A stretch of 63,964 nucleotides of DNA, filler included, from Thelocarpon superellum (Eukaryota): NCBI GenBank assembly GCA_026025795.1. It is 5 parts of 5 records of this genome, joined end to end, with 100 filler letters (N's around TTAATTAATTAA, not from the genome) between each part and the next. Parts side by side here need not be neighbours in the genome. Positions count along the whole stretch, not along the records: positions 1 to 13,687 come from JAPEUG010000455.1; 4 more parts are not named here. One strand, given 5' to 3'. A program made the translations under genes and the position numbers. Of this stretch, positions 1-11,880 are shown in pieces (the first letter of the stretch is position 1; each line of letters starts with the position of its first letter). Under the pieces are notes generated by a model. The model ran no database searches and had not been told where the DNA came from. It saw only the letters and a list, made by a program, of their open reading frames with translations.

Positions 1-1315
1 ACTAAAATAGTATTTTGACTTCAACTCTCCTTGTACCTGCAATTGTGTTGTCCACATGTACTTAATCCCTGGCCTTGTTGGATGTCTGTGCCGAAAACCG
101 GGAGCTGAAACAGTCTTTGTCAAACTTCGAAACTCCCATCCCCACCAAGACGCGTGCCACCTCTGTTGCCTTCCATGGCGCCCAAGGCTTATCCACCCCC
201 GGCTCCTATGATGACAGACAATGAAAGACGTATGAAGGAGCGGTGAAGGAGGTGTCAAGCCCCTCGCTTCATGTAGTGGCCCGTTTCGGAGCCATGTCGG
301 TTGCAGCGGCGACTTTTGTAAGTCATCTTCAATAAGAATAGAGGTCCGTGACTTTCCCAACAGCGCTTATGATCAGGCTGTTCAGATGGGCTCTCCGTTC
401 CAAGAGACAAGATAGAGAGTGCCGAATGCCTCACTTTTTGGTGAGCTAGTGGGTTAGGGTCATTCAGTAGATCTAGCTATGGCGTGGGCTATGTGATGCA
501 CATGCAAGGAACATACATGAAGAGGACGAACATGCAGAAGACGTGTACCCTGACATGGGTGTGAGTCTCTTGGACGTGGGTTGTGGAGAGATACATAGAT
601 CAAACCTTAGACATAAGATCTCTGTGCTTGGCCATGTAAGGGGTTCTCACAGCATACGCATGAGCATGGCAGTGCACAGGACACAGCACTGTTTGGCAGG
701 CCATAGATCGCATCTGCATAAATTTGACTAGGTGATAGCTCGGCATTGCATGATCGCACTCGTATGCCAAGTGAGTTTGTTCCCGAAAATCCCATCGTCG
801 AACCCACCCATTCGCTGGAGCAGCATGATCTCGATTGGCTGTCGCCAGACGATGAAATTAGATTCTACGCAGCGTTTCAACACTCACCTGTAAGATCATG
901 TGGCTTGGATAGGATTTGGGGTCACCACGGGGGCCACATGATGGAACGGAGAAGCCTGTTCCGACTGCGGCTTGTTCAACAGAACCGAAGACTTCTCACT
1001 CCCGCAGTTCCAGCACACATTTGTGCAAGCCCGTCCAAGCTCAATGCGCAGCGTGTGCTTCCCTAAATAACCCCTCCAATGGGGCTGGGATTTCCTACGA
1101 GTTGGGGTGATCTCGTCAGACTCGTTTTGCTCTTTGGCACACCGTGGGAGCATAAGTAGTCAATGTCCGCATCCTCTATCTCTGCCACCTCGTGCCTTTC
1201 CACACTCCCGCATCTCCCTCCTTGCACCATTTCCGCCTCCCGCTGCCGTTCGGGGTCCTTCCAGAACAACATCGTCACCTTCTCTCCCCACTGATCCCCC
1301 GTCCAGACAAGCACC

Positions 1316-1642
1316 ATGATTACGAGCCGATGTCCCAGGATTGCTATCGCAGCAGTCCTTGCACTGAGCTTGCAGCGTGCAACTGCGGGCTCGTGCACTG
1401 CCACAGAGGACGTTGTCTACTACGCGGTTGAGGTCGACGGCTATGCATGTCCAGATAAAGGGCTGTACCAGTACTTGCGACATCAAGGCCTCGCAGTCCT
1501 GGACTGGAAATGCGACCCAAGCGGCGACACCGCAACATTTCACCTACCCGTCACATTTGGGGCAGTCACTCGCGTGAGCAATTACATGGGAGGGCATTGT
1601 GACATATACAACGTCGACGGCGTGCTATGGTCAAGCACTTGA
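1316..1642 (+). CDS. Small secreted cysteine-containing protein (108 aa), effector-like, unknown function
   Basis: Single-exon ORF with a hydrophobic signal-peptide-like N-terminus (RIAIAAVLALSLQRATA|G) and 4 Cys in the mature part. Shares the YQxL-x8-DWxC motif with the ORF at 49211-49723. Confidence 0.7.
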   Translation: MITSRCPRIAIAAVLALSLQRATAGSCTATEDVVYYAVEVDGYACPDKGLYQYLRHQGLAVLDWKCDPSGDTATFHLPVTFGAVTRVSNYMGGHCDIYNVDGVLWSST

Positions 1643-2597
1643 CGCAAGAATGCCGGATAAGGTGGAAGACGAAAGGCGTTCAATAAGACTCAACCGGAGA
1701 CGAAGGCCTAGCAAGAAGAGGACGACACAAAGAAGACGCTGCTAGACCAACACATTGCCGAAAATAGAGGCAACGAAGGGTGTGCGCTTCATTCGGGGAA
1801 TACGCGCATGGCCATGAACTTTTGCAAATGAGCATGTTGATTTTGTGCTTGTTGCGGTGGGAGCTTGTTCCATTTAAGGATTGATCTGTATGGGCTTGTT
1901 CTGTATTGGCTGGTTCTGTATTGAGCTTGTCCGTCATGCTCCAATGCCATTCTTAGATGTAACTATGAGGGTGCAAAACAAAAGACCACGGTCGCTTTTA
2001 CTCTCCTACCTGGCTTCATTAGACCTATCAAGAGTGAGGCCCGCAGGCAACGATCATCGATCTCGAAACTCGAGACATCCGTAGTCTCGGTTCTATGAAC
2101 GCCTTTCGCATGCGACGGGCTCTCCTCAAGGGTGAGAAGAGGCTGCCGACGTCTCTCTGCTTGTCCTGCCGCTCCTCGCTCCACTTAGCCCATGCCGTTC
2201 CAGCGCTGTCCATGACGAGGCGTTCTCTGCGAGACCCTGGTCGATCCGTCCACCTTGTGATTCAGCCTTACAATTCCCCTCCACGCCCTCGTCTTCTCCA
2301 CTGTGCCTGAGGCTGGATCCTCTAGCGGCTTAGAGTCGAAGAAACGCAAGGATCGAAAGGCATGATCTTGCGACGGCTGGGGTGAGAATTTAGCATGTAC
2401 AACTCGAAAACAGCTGTAGCTGAGAGGCGTGCTGCTAAAGATCGTCATGCACCCGTCAGTAGGAAGAGAAGGAGGTATGGTACGTCCCCGGAGCGCCATG
2501 GCAGGGTCCTAGGAACGTATAAGGTCCCAGGAACCGAGACCTGGTTCCCAGGAACACCATGTTAGGGTCCTAGGAGCATGGAGATCAGGCGATCATG

Positions 2598-2712
2598 GGA
2601 CCCTCGATGGTTGGACCCTCGATGGTTGGACCCTCGGTGGTTGGACTCTTGGTAGTTGGGCTCTTGGTCGGACCCTGGGTAGTTGAACCCTTGGTCGGAT
2701 CCTTGGTGGACT
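2598..2712. repeat. Degenerate 15-bp tandem repeat (GGACCCTCGATGGTT-like, about 7-8 units)
   Basis: Visible 15-nt periodicity. On the minus strand it reads as pentapeptides (HQGSD QGFNY PGSDQ EPNYQ ESNHR GSNHR GSNHR GSHDR) in ORF 2562-2906. Confidence 0.75.
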
Positions 2713-4448
2713 AGACTTTCGGTCGCTGCATTATCGGCGTTGAGTAGCTGCCTTTCGAAAGGTAGCATGATAGCATACGGTGCCGACCCCCTCTGATCTC
2801 CCTCCGTCACTCTGCCGATCATTCTCGACCAGTCTTCCTCGATTTGGTGGGCACGCTCGTGGGTTGCGGGTGACTGCGTACCGACGCTTGGCCATGTCGA
2901 ATCCAACCATCGCGACAGCGCGACAGCTGCAGCAAAGTAGGTATCAGGCGGTAGCTCAGCTGCATAAGGGGTTCAGCACGTCAGAAATGAGTCAATTGAG
3001 TGCAAATTGGGCGTGTGATTCCAAAAAGTGCATTTAGAATGTGAAGACGTTTTCCCAAATAAGTAATGGCCGATGAGCGATCCTTGGGGGGAACGGAGAT
3101 GGATTAGTGTTGCACGTGATGCTATGATGTTTAACTCCTGATTGTTGCCAGCTTCGATAGACAGGCTCATATTCTGATGCTGAAGGCTAAGTGCCATCGG
3201 TCACAGAGGAATTTGTAATATAAAAAGCCTTTTGCTATGTGAAAGAAAAGCATGCTTCTCGTGATCAATCCTGTCAAGAATCAATTCTCTGACGGGATTG
3301 ATCACGTGCTTCGCTTCAGACCACTCGCGAAAAGCATCCCAAGTGTAAGGGTACACATATGACTTAGTCATGTGCATTTTCATATATAATCTCAACTACG
3401 CGTAGCATTTGCAATATCGCTCTGATTCCTACATTGGCATACTTGTCAAATTTGCTCCGGGAGCACTTCTCTCATTATTTCAGAAGTCGAGGTGCAATGA
3501 ATACGTTTACACCTTTACCGATGCGACCGTAACGTCGTGGAACTGGTTGTTCGTCAAGCTTTCGGTGACGTACGGGCTAGTGCCGCTCACTGTAACCACG
3601 AGCTTTGACTGCCATAAAGACCACCTCCATCTTGCCAAGTTTCATTATTGTCAGGCTTTTCCGAGTCCAACTCTTACAGAACCTTGGCAGTCGCTAGGTT
3701 CGGGAACGATTTCTCTCACCGATTCCGGGCTTCGTCCTCTGTTGGTCCAGGGCCGCGTAGGGAGCTCGCTATTACTTTTCGTCCGTCCACGGCTGCGGTT
3801 GTCTCTCTCGAGTGTGGAATCTCTCGTGGACATTGCCCTTTTTGCCATATGGGACGTCATCATCAGGCTCTCCATGTGGGAATATGAGGACGCTGTGATC
3901 AGGCTGTAACGCCACGATCCCGCCTGTTTCACCGCCTTGATGTGCTCAGTTCTTATATCAGGCGAGAGCTTCAAGACATGGCGGCCGCTCAGAGCTACCG
4001 CAGAGGATGATACTATCATCACGCAGAAAATCCGACGAGGGACACACGATGCATGAAGTACGAAAGATTGAATTGTTAGGCTGCGTTCCCAATGCCAATC
4101 GTTCTGTCAGGATGCGGTGGTTCACTATCGTCGGAGGTGGCCGCATGGTACCATGACCGTGCCACCACCTCCTCAAGCCGCGTGCTTCGGCTACATCGAC
4201 GACCATGGTGAAATTGGACAAACCTCCGCAAGGATACGTGAGATTCGTAGCAATTTCGGTGTCTGAACACCTTCCACACGCCTCACAGGGTCTGGACGAT
4301 GGACAGGCCTCACATCGCGGGCCGGGGACATTGGCTTGAGATCTGATGTGCGAAGTCGTTCCCGTGGACAAGATATTCTACCAGACCAAGTTCATCTAGC
4401 AGTACAAGTCCATCCAGGAAGCGGTGATTGCATCTGGCTCGCGATATG

Positions 4449-5211
4449 CTATGCGCCACTCGAAGATGCTGGGCCCACGTCCACTCCGTATCGTTCTTTT
4501 AACCGCTCACGCCTCCGTTCGGCATAGCCAGGAGCGTAGATGCCTGCGCAGGCGATCAGTACCACTGGCGATTGACTCTACCATCGGACGGTCATCTCGA
4601 CGTACCTCGGCCCTCCCCGATTTCACTAATGGTCTCCGCGACGGGTCGTCTCCGATTTTTCCGCAGTTGTTGTTTGCGTTCAAACTCGTCCACTTCTGGG
4701 TCTTTGCCGTAGCCGTTCAGGACACCCCCTGTGTAGTCGAAGGTGCCGAAGAGTACGGCTGCGGCGGCGCCGTAGCCTAGCACTGCAGGCAACGTGCGAA
4801 CTGTGCTTGATCAGCATATGTAGAGGCAAAGACATGGACAGGCGACGCACAGCGCAAACCCATGACCGCACCGGCGACGAAGCCTCCCACTGTCGGGTTC
4901 CAGCTATCGTCCTTCTCGCGCAGATTGGCCGCGGCTGATTTGGAGAACTCGTAGGATGCGCCCATGGCCGCTGATGATGACCGTCAGGTCCGGACGGTGA
5001 CCGAAGGATCTGGAGCATGCAGCCACTTACCAAAAGTCGCAATGGTCCCTCCGGTGCGGGTGAAGACGCCAAAGGCGCCCACGTTTTGCTTGGTCAAAGT
5101 GTTTTGCACGCCGGACACGATGGCGCCGGCCGTGCCGGTGACCATGGTGGCCCGGACGGAGGCCGCAATGGCATCCTTGGGCCGATAGACGTCCTCCTCG
5201 TCTGACGCCAT
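4449..5211 (-). CDS. NADH:ubiquinone oxidoreductase 21.3 kDa subunit (NDUFA11 / Tim17-like family)
   Basis: Four exons (5211-5031, 4970-4851, 4800-4606, 4543-4449) with GT-AG introns. Product has Y.PKDAI, NVGAFGVFTRTG, AANLREKDDSWN..GGF.AG and ETISEIGEGRGIYAPGYAERR, typical of this subunit. Confidence 0.92.
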
Positions 5212-6078
5212 GATGGTGATAGTTTGGTAGTGATGAGGGACTTGGATGTTGCTCAGCCGCCTCCCGGCTCCTGGCTCCCGGTGATGGGGGCTACTGGCCC
5301 GGAATATTCCGTACCTACCAGTACTCGCACAGGCGATGAGGATGAACTTTGGCGGCCCAGAGGTCCAGAGGTTCCTCGCGGCTACCGTAGTCCACTATCT
5401 GCACTGTTGGCTCCGAGCGAGTTGTGCGAGCTGTCTGCTAGGCGCCAGTAACATTAACCGATGAGTCTCGGACGTGCGTGCACGTCCGAACACAGACAAG
5501 GCAAAGCCTCCCACGACACGTCCATATGGCAGGAAAGCCGACAAGCTCCTCAACTTCTTGACCGACCAGGCAGGATGGATGCCTAGACGTAGAGGTGCAT
5601 CCCTGACCACCAAATGCGTACGCAAACAAGCAACTTCCTCTTGTGAAATCGACCGCCGCCTCCTCATCCCGGCACTGTCATCGTAGCATCTGGAGTAGAG
5701 CTGTGAAGCTGTCCAAGTACTGGGACGCCAGGCAACACGATACCTGCACAGCATCGTGACCCGCTCCAAGCCTCGCTGACTCTCCCACGCAAACCCTCCC
5801 GGGTAGACGGACGCAACGTACCCACGCCACACTACTATTCTCGTCTTCGACCAAATGTGCGTCGCCTCTACTTTGCCACGCCAGACTCTTCCTCACATGC
5901 CGAGGTGTGCGGGCACGCGGTTGACTCCCATAGCTCTACGAGCTCCCCTTCGGGAGTCGTAAGCGCCACGCAACGCCCGTCACCCTCCTCCTCGTCGCCG
6001 CCTGCCCCGTCACGGGCGTTGTCGACAGCTCATGTAGTCGGCCAGAGAGGACGGTGATCTTCGTTTCCCACGGCGGAG

Positions 6079-9000
6079 ATGAGCTCAAGACCAGGTACGT
6101 CTCCGCAGCAGCTCCATCACGGACCCCACCTGGCGTAGACGGCCCTTGACATGTGCTCTAGGCAAGACCGCACCACGCCTCATTGAAGATCTCCTCCGAT
6201 ATGACCCGTTGTACCCCTCGCGACAGGGATACAACGTCCTCACCCATCCCGCCCCCAAGGTTGAGGATGGCCGGCAGGCGCCCGGTCCAGTGCCCGGAGC
6301 ATGTCGGCACAAATACATGATCAAGCACGCCCAGTCGCTGCTCCCAACGCTCGACGCCCGCCCTGACACCTCCACCATCTACAAGCTCGGTGCCTTCTGC
6401 GTCGACTGCCGCACGCATTTAGATCTGACCGTGGACTTCCGCGGCGCCCATCTCAAGGCGCAACCATGTCCGAATCGAGAATACCCCCTGCACCACTTTC
6501 GACACCTGCCCCCGGCCTCCCGTGCACCTACGCCGCCAGAACAAGCCGGGCGGACGGCTCAAGAGACGGAGTCCCATCGGTTCGAATGCTCCTCGCCCTC
6601 CTGCCCCGCCGTCCTCACCATATTCGTGAAACCGCCGCGGTTGACGTCTGCCTTCGTCTCGCTGCTGACCGACCAGGCCATGATCAAAGCGCGGGTGCAG
6701 CCTGTCTTGGATGCGGCCCCGGAACGCTTTCGGGGATATGGCATCCCAGACGGGGTCGAGGTCCTCAGCAATGTCAAGCAGTACCTCACCGATGCCATGC
6801 GCGACAGCACGGGCCGGAGGGTCAACGCGAGCAACAAGCGCTTCCTAACCTCGCTCGGTGATCCGTGTCGAGAAATCCTCGAGTATCTGGGCTTTCGCTG
6901 GTCCGAGGACCGAACGGAGGAGGGCGGCCAGCAGTTCTGGTCCTTACCGAAGGTCCAGACTGCGGCCGACGGGCCCCAATACCAGGACCATGGGAGCATC
7001 GTGGTGGATGACGTGGACAAGGAGCTGATGGTCCTCATCAATGCTCGTCTTGCCGCGGACAAGTCTCAAAAGACCGCCGTCTTCCAACCCCTGGCGGCCC
7101 TGAAAGATCTCGAGCGATGCCTAGGCTGTCTGGACTATGACAAGTCCTCCGCTAGCCGTCGCGCCGTGGACCTGACGGCCGACGAGCCGCCGGCATATGC
7201 CAGCTTGGGCGCCTTGCCACAATTCGCCGACACGCTTATCGAATTTGCTTACGACCGTCAACGACTTTGTGATCCAAATCAGGCGCCCTACTACTATGAC
7301 TGCCTCCAGGATATCGCACGACAGCGCCTCAGCGAGGCTCTTGATACCAAGGTCGTCATCATGGAATCCTCTGGCGAGATCGGTGGCAAGGACATTATGC
7401 GCGCCTACCAGTACTTCCAGCTGAGTCCGGCTCAGAAGGATCTCGACGACGACCACATCATTGGCTGCTTTCAGTCCCGCGCCTCTTCGGCGCCGCTGCA
7501 GATCGAGGCCGCGCGACAGCAACTCCGCGTTATCGGAGTGGCTCGGGGCAGCAGCAAGATCCAGTCGTTTGCCTCGAATCGCATCACCACGTACGAGGAA
7601 GCGCTCATCTGGCTGGGCGCTGAAGAGGCGACGAATGACGACTTTCTCATCTCCTTACTGCGCATCAAAATGACGGAAGAAAAGGCCGACCGGCAGATCT
7701 GTCGCCACGCTGCCAGCTTGATCGCCGAGCGACGCAACAGTCGCACGCTTCGCCACTGGCTCGAAACGGGACAAAGCGGCGAGATGGACATGGGCGTCGG
7801 GGAAGCGTATCGACGTCTGGGCATCGAGGACCGGACGCTGGAGGACGACATGATTGTCACTACCTTTGAGATTCGCGCTTCGGAGGCTCCGACGCAGATA
7901 GACGATCTTCGGGCCGCGCTCAAGGCGATCGGACGCGAACTGGATAGTCCGCGGATTGCCGCGTATCTACGCACCGGTCATGCCCCGGATCACACCTCGG
8001 CCGACTGGCCCGTGGGTCTGGAGAACATCGGCAATACCTGCTACCTCAACAGCTTGCTCCAGTTCTATTTCACGGTCAAGCCGTTGCGGAACCTGATCCT
8101 CAATTTTGATCAGTACGAGATGGACGTCACCGAGGAGAATGTGAAGAGGAAGCGAGTGGGGTCACGCAAGGTCACGCCCAAAGAGATTGAGCGAGCGAAG
8201 AAATGTGAGTCGTCTGGTCTGCCCTTTATCTCACGGCTTGCTGACGGATCAGTTGCGTATGAGTTGCAGAAGCTCTTTCGGAGTCTCATCGCCGCGCGGG
8301 CCTCAGCCATCACTCCTGAACGGGAACTGGCGCGGCTGACCTTGATCAAGTCGTCCGACGAGGAGGACTATCGACGGCGATCGATGACGGCGTCACAGGT
8401 GCGACCCGGGCTGGGAGAGATTTACGGCCAAGCGGTCCAAGGACCTCTTCCGCTCGGAGGGGCCAACGACTCCAACGCCATGGACGTTGACCCCGAGACG
8501 CCGCATGACCCTCCCAGTGGGGGTACGGTCAGCGACGCCGCGAGTGAGAGCACCTTGGTTGACCGGCCACCGCCATACGATGACGGACCCATGACCCCTG
8601 CCAGAGACACCTTTTCCAATGTGGTCATGGCTGATGCCGACGCGGTGCACGAGCAACGACAGATTCTGGATAACAAGGAGAACAATCCGCCGGGGAAGGA
8701 CGAGACGACGGTCCCAGTCGCCACGGATCATCCCGGACCATTGCAGGAGGCGAGTCCGTCTCGTGCTAACGAACAGAAGCCACTGTCGCGGACGGCGGAG
8801 CCGATAGATGAAGACGTGAAGATGGGTAACGGCGAGCCATTGACGCCGCCGCCCGAGCCTACCACGCCCGTCCGCGCGCCTCCTGTGCCCCCACGGCCGG
8901 CCGCGGCGCACCTCGTGTCTAAGCCGGTGGATGAACTCGAACTAGGGGCGCAGCAGGACGTCACAGAAGTCATTGGGAATGTAATGTTCCAGCTCGAGTG

Positions 9001-10769
9001 TGCGATGAAGGCGGATAGCATTGATGAGAATGGAGAACAGCATGATGAAATCAAGCGGTGAGATCTGCGGGAAGTAGTGAGCTGATGAGGGTAAGCTAAC
9101 ATTTCCAGGCTGTTCTACGGCTTGAACAAGGCACATCTCGAGGCCAAGAGCGGCCAACGTGTGACGCAGGAGTACTTTGCCGACATCAAGGTGAATGTGG
9201 CCTCTGGCCCGCGTGACATCTACGCCGCCCTCGACGGAGCCTTTGATGTGCAGGAGGTGAGCCTGGCGGATGGCACATTCCCGCAGTATACGTCGATTGC
9301 CCGACTTCCACCGATCCTCCAGATTCACGTGCAGAGGGTGCAGTACGACAAGGAGAGTAAGAAGATGTACAAGTCGGATTCACATCTAAAGCTTCGGGAG
9401 ACCATCTATCTCGACCGATATCTGGAGTCATCCGATCCAGTCGTGCTGGAGAAGCGACGAGCCACGTGGCGATGGAAAGAGGAACTGCGTCGTCTAGAAG
9501 CACGGCGGGAGGAGTTGTCGAAGACGGAGGTATGTCCCGACGCAGGTATGATGCGCTAGGTTCTCGTCTCATATCGCCCAAGGTCAACATGGATGTATCG
9601 GATATGCTTCGCATGACCAAAGACTGGCTCATGGATCTGCAACAGTCGGGGGTTGATGATTTGGTGGTGCTTGACCCTGGTCTTTCCGACGTTCTTGCGA
9701 GCGAGTCTGACGAGATCAAACGGGAGGTTGCTGGTTAGTGCATCTTGCTTGTTTTCCTGGCCGTGCTGATGTGGGGGAAAGAGATCGACGCGGCCATCTG
9801 GGACATGAAGCAGGCACTCGAGCAACAATTCTCGGGCCTTCAACGACTTCCCTACCGCTTACAATCAGTATTCATCCATCGAGGTGAGGTACATTGCGTA
9901 CTTCTGATCGGGTGGTCCTGATATAGACAGGCACGGCAACATTCGGGCATTACTGGATATATATCTACGACTTTGCGCGGCGCATCTGGCGGAAATACAA
10001 CGACGGCTACGTGACGGAAGTGGCGGACGAAAAGGAGATCTATGAGCAAGATCCACATTACCCCGCGACGCCGTATTATCTCGTCTACGTGGCCGGCAAT
10101 CATCTGGACACGCTCGTTGACCCGGTATGCCGCGACCTCGAGCCCGCGGTCGACGCTGCCGCGCTTCCCCCGGGCCCGCCTGCACCTGTACCTCCTCCTC
10201 TCCCCGGGACCTCTGGTTCATATCAATCACCGCCGGCCCCAGGACCAGAGATGCAGGAGATGCAAGAGATGTTTGAGATCAGCAGCGGCGCAGGTGCCGG
10301 TGCAGGTGCAGGTGCAACGGGTGGAGGAGTTGCAGGGATCAACTGGGGTGGAGTGCACACGCCGGATACGGAAGGGGACCGCGACATGCCGACATCAGAG
10401 ACGGAGCTATTCCCGACGGTGTCGTCGTCTTCCTCGGCGGCAGTAGTAGCAGCAGCAGCAGCAGCACTACCCCCACCACCACCATGGGCCAATGCGCCCC
10501 CTCTTGCCCCACCGGGCCTGACCATGTCTTCTTCGTCCGACGACGACGGGTCAGCAAGTCTAAGCGGCGTAAGTCAGGGAGGAGGAGGAGGAGGGAGAGG
10601 AGGAGTGGGAAAAACGGAGCTGAATAGGGCGACAACCGGCACAGCTAATGCCAACGCCAACGCTAACCCTCATGCCAGTGCGAGTGGAAGTGGAAGTGGA
10701 AGTGGAAACGCAAGCGGGAGTGCATGGGGAGAAATGAGCGAGTCAACAAGACACACGCATACGTGGTGA
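6079..10769 (+). CDS. UBP2: Ubiquitin carboxyl-terminal hydrolase, Ubp2-type (USP/C19), multi-exon
   Basis: Short first exon 6079-6094 splices to 6162, giving MSSRPGKTAPRL. Cys box GLENIGNTCYLNSLLQ, QQDVTEVI motif and His box YRLQSVFIHRG/TATFGHYWIYIYD are present, as are Ubp2-like repeated helical units (AYxxL). Several further introns lie near 8205, 9058, 9530, 9734 and 9884. Confidence 0.9.
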
Positions 10770-10770
10770 T

Positions 10771-10774
<4 letters not shown>

Positions 10775-10815
<41 letters not shown>

Positions 10816-11220
10816 TTTTCCATTTCTCTTTATTCCTGCTGCACGGCCTCCTTGTTCATGTACTTCTCCTTCTTCTTTCTTTCTTCGATCGTCGAGGGCC
10901 CAGTCGATGAAAGACAGAGGGGAGATGGTGAGACGGGGGGGAACGAGTGTCGGAGTGGGTATACCCATCGCCTTTACCTCAGCGGTCGTCGTCAAGTGGA
11001 GTGGAGCAAAGCCGATTCGAGAGAAGAGAAGAGAAGAGCGGAGTGGAGTGGAGTGGAGTGGAGAGAGGAAAAGCGAAATGGATAAAAGAGAAGAGTGGAG
11101 TAGAGTGGTGTATATTATGTGGTATCGTCACACTCGTCACGTGTTACCTATATGTTGTATGTACATTCGCCTCCCCCTCCCCCTCCCCTTCCCCTTCCCC
11201 TTCCCCTTCCCCTCCCCTCT
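10775..11220. repeat. Microsatellite cluster: (CT)18, (GGAGT)n, (CCCCTT/CCCCCT)n
   Basis: (CT)n at 10775-10810, (GGAGT)4 at about 11040-11059 and hexamer repeats at about 11170-11220, lying between two convergent genes. Confidence 0.9.
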
Positions 11221-11880
11221 TTGTTCTCGGCTCCTCTCTCCCCTCTCGTCTCTTCATCTCAACTCATCTCGTCCCGACTCGTTTTGTATCCCGTCTTCTC
11301 ATCTTCTCGTGCTCTCCTCTCGTATCCCCGCCACTCAATCCGTCAAGCAATCCGTCAGTCAGTCATCGATCAATCGCTCTGTCAAAGACTCGATCAATAG
11401 TCAATAAGCAGCATCGCGACTACCCACAAGCAGACGCACGAAAGAAAAGAAGCCGATACCAAAGAAATGCATCTTGCCTTTCGTATGCTTGCTCCTACCG
11501 TTCCCTTTCCCCAACTCATCCTGCGCGTTCCATCCGTTCAATGCCAATGAGTCCATTCCCTTCCAAGCGTGTGCGCGCCCCGTTGCAGCATCCATGACAA
11601 GATATGACGTGACAAGATGGGGAGAGAAAATTGGCGAAAATTCTCCCGTTAGAAGTCGTCTCGAGCAGAGAAGAGTGGAAGAAACCAAGGACGAGACGCA
11701 GGCATTGGAAAAGCGTAACGCTGAGGAAAAGAGGACTGCGGCGTAGGGACCGAAAAACGAGGCATGAAATGCGACGGCAAATGTGACGCCTTGGTTATCG
11801 GCCTTCTTTGCTTTATGGTCGCGCCCCAAAAAGCCGGAAGACGAAAAGGGACGACTGGCGAGAATATCGATGAAGCAGAA

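Noticed and set aside
451..460. GGGTTAGGG telomere-like motif (also near 48393)
   Set aside because: Isolated single copies with no array.
10663..11597. Long overlapping ORFs (e.g. 10724-11407, 10947-11597)
   Set aside because: They are translations of stop-free microsatellites (LSLSLS, PSPSPS, FPFPFP) in UTR or intergenic DNA.
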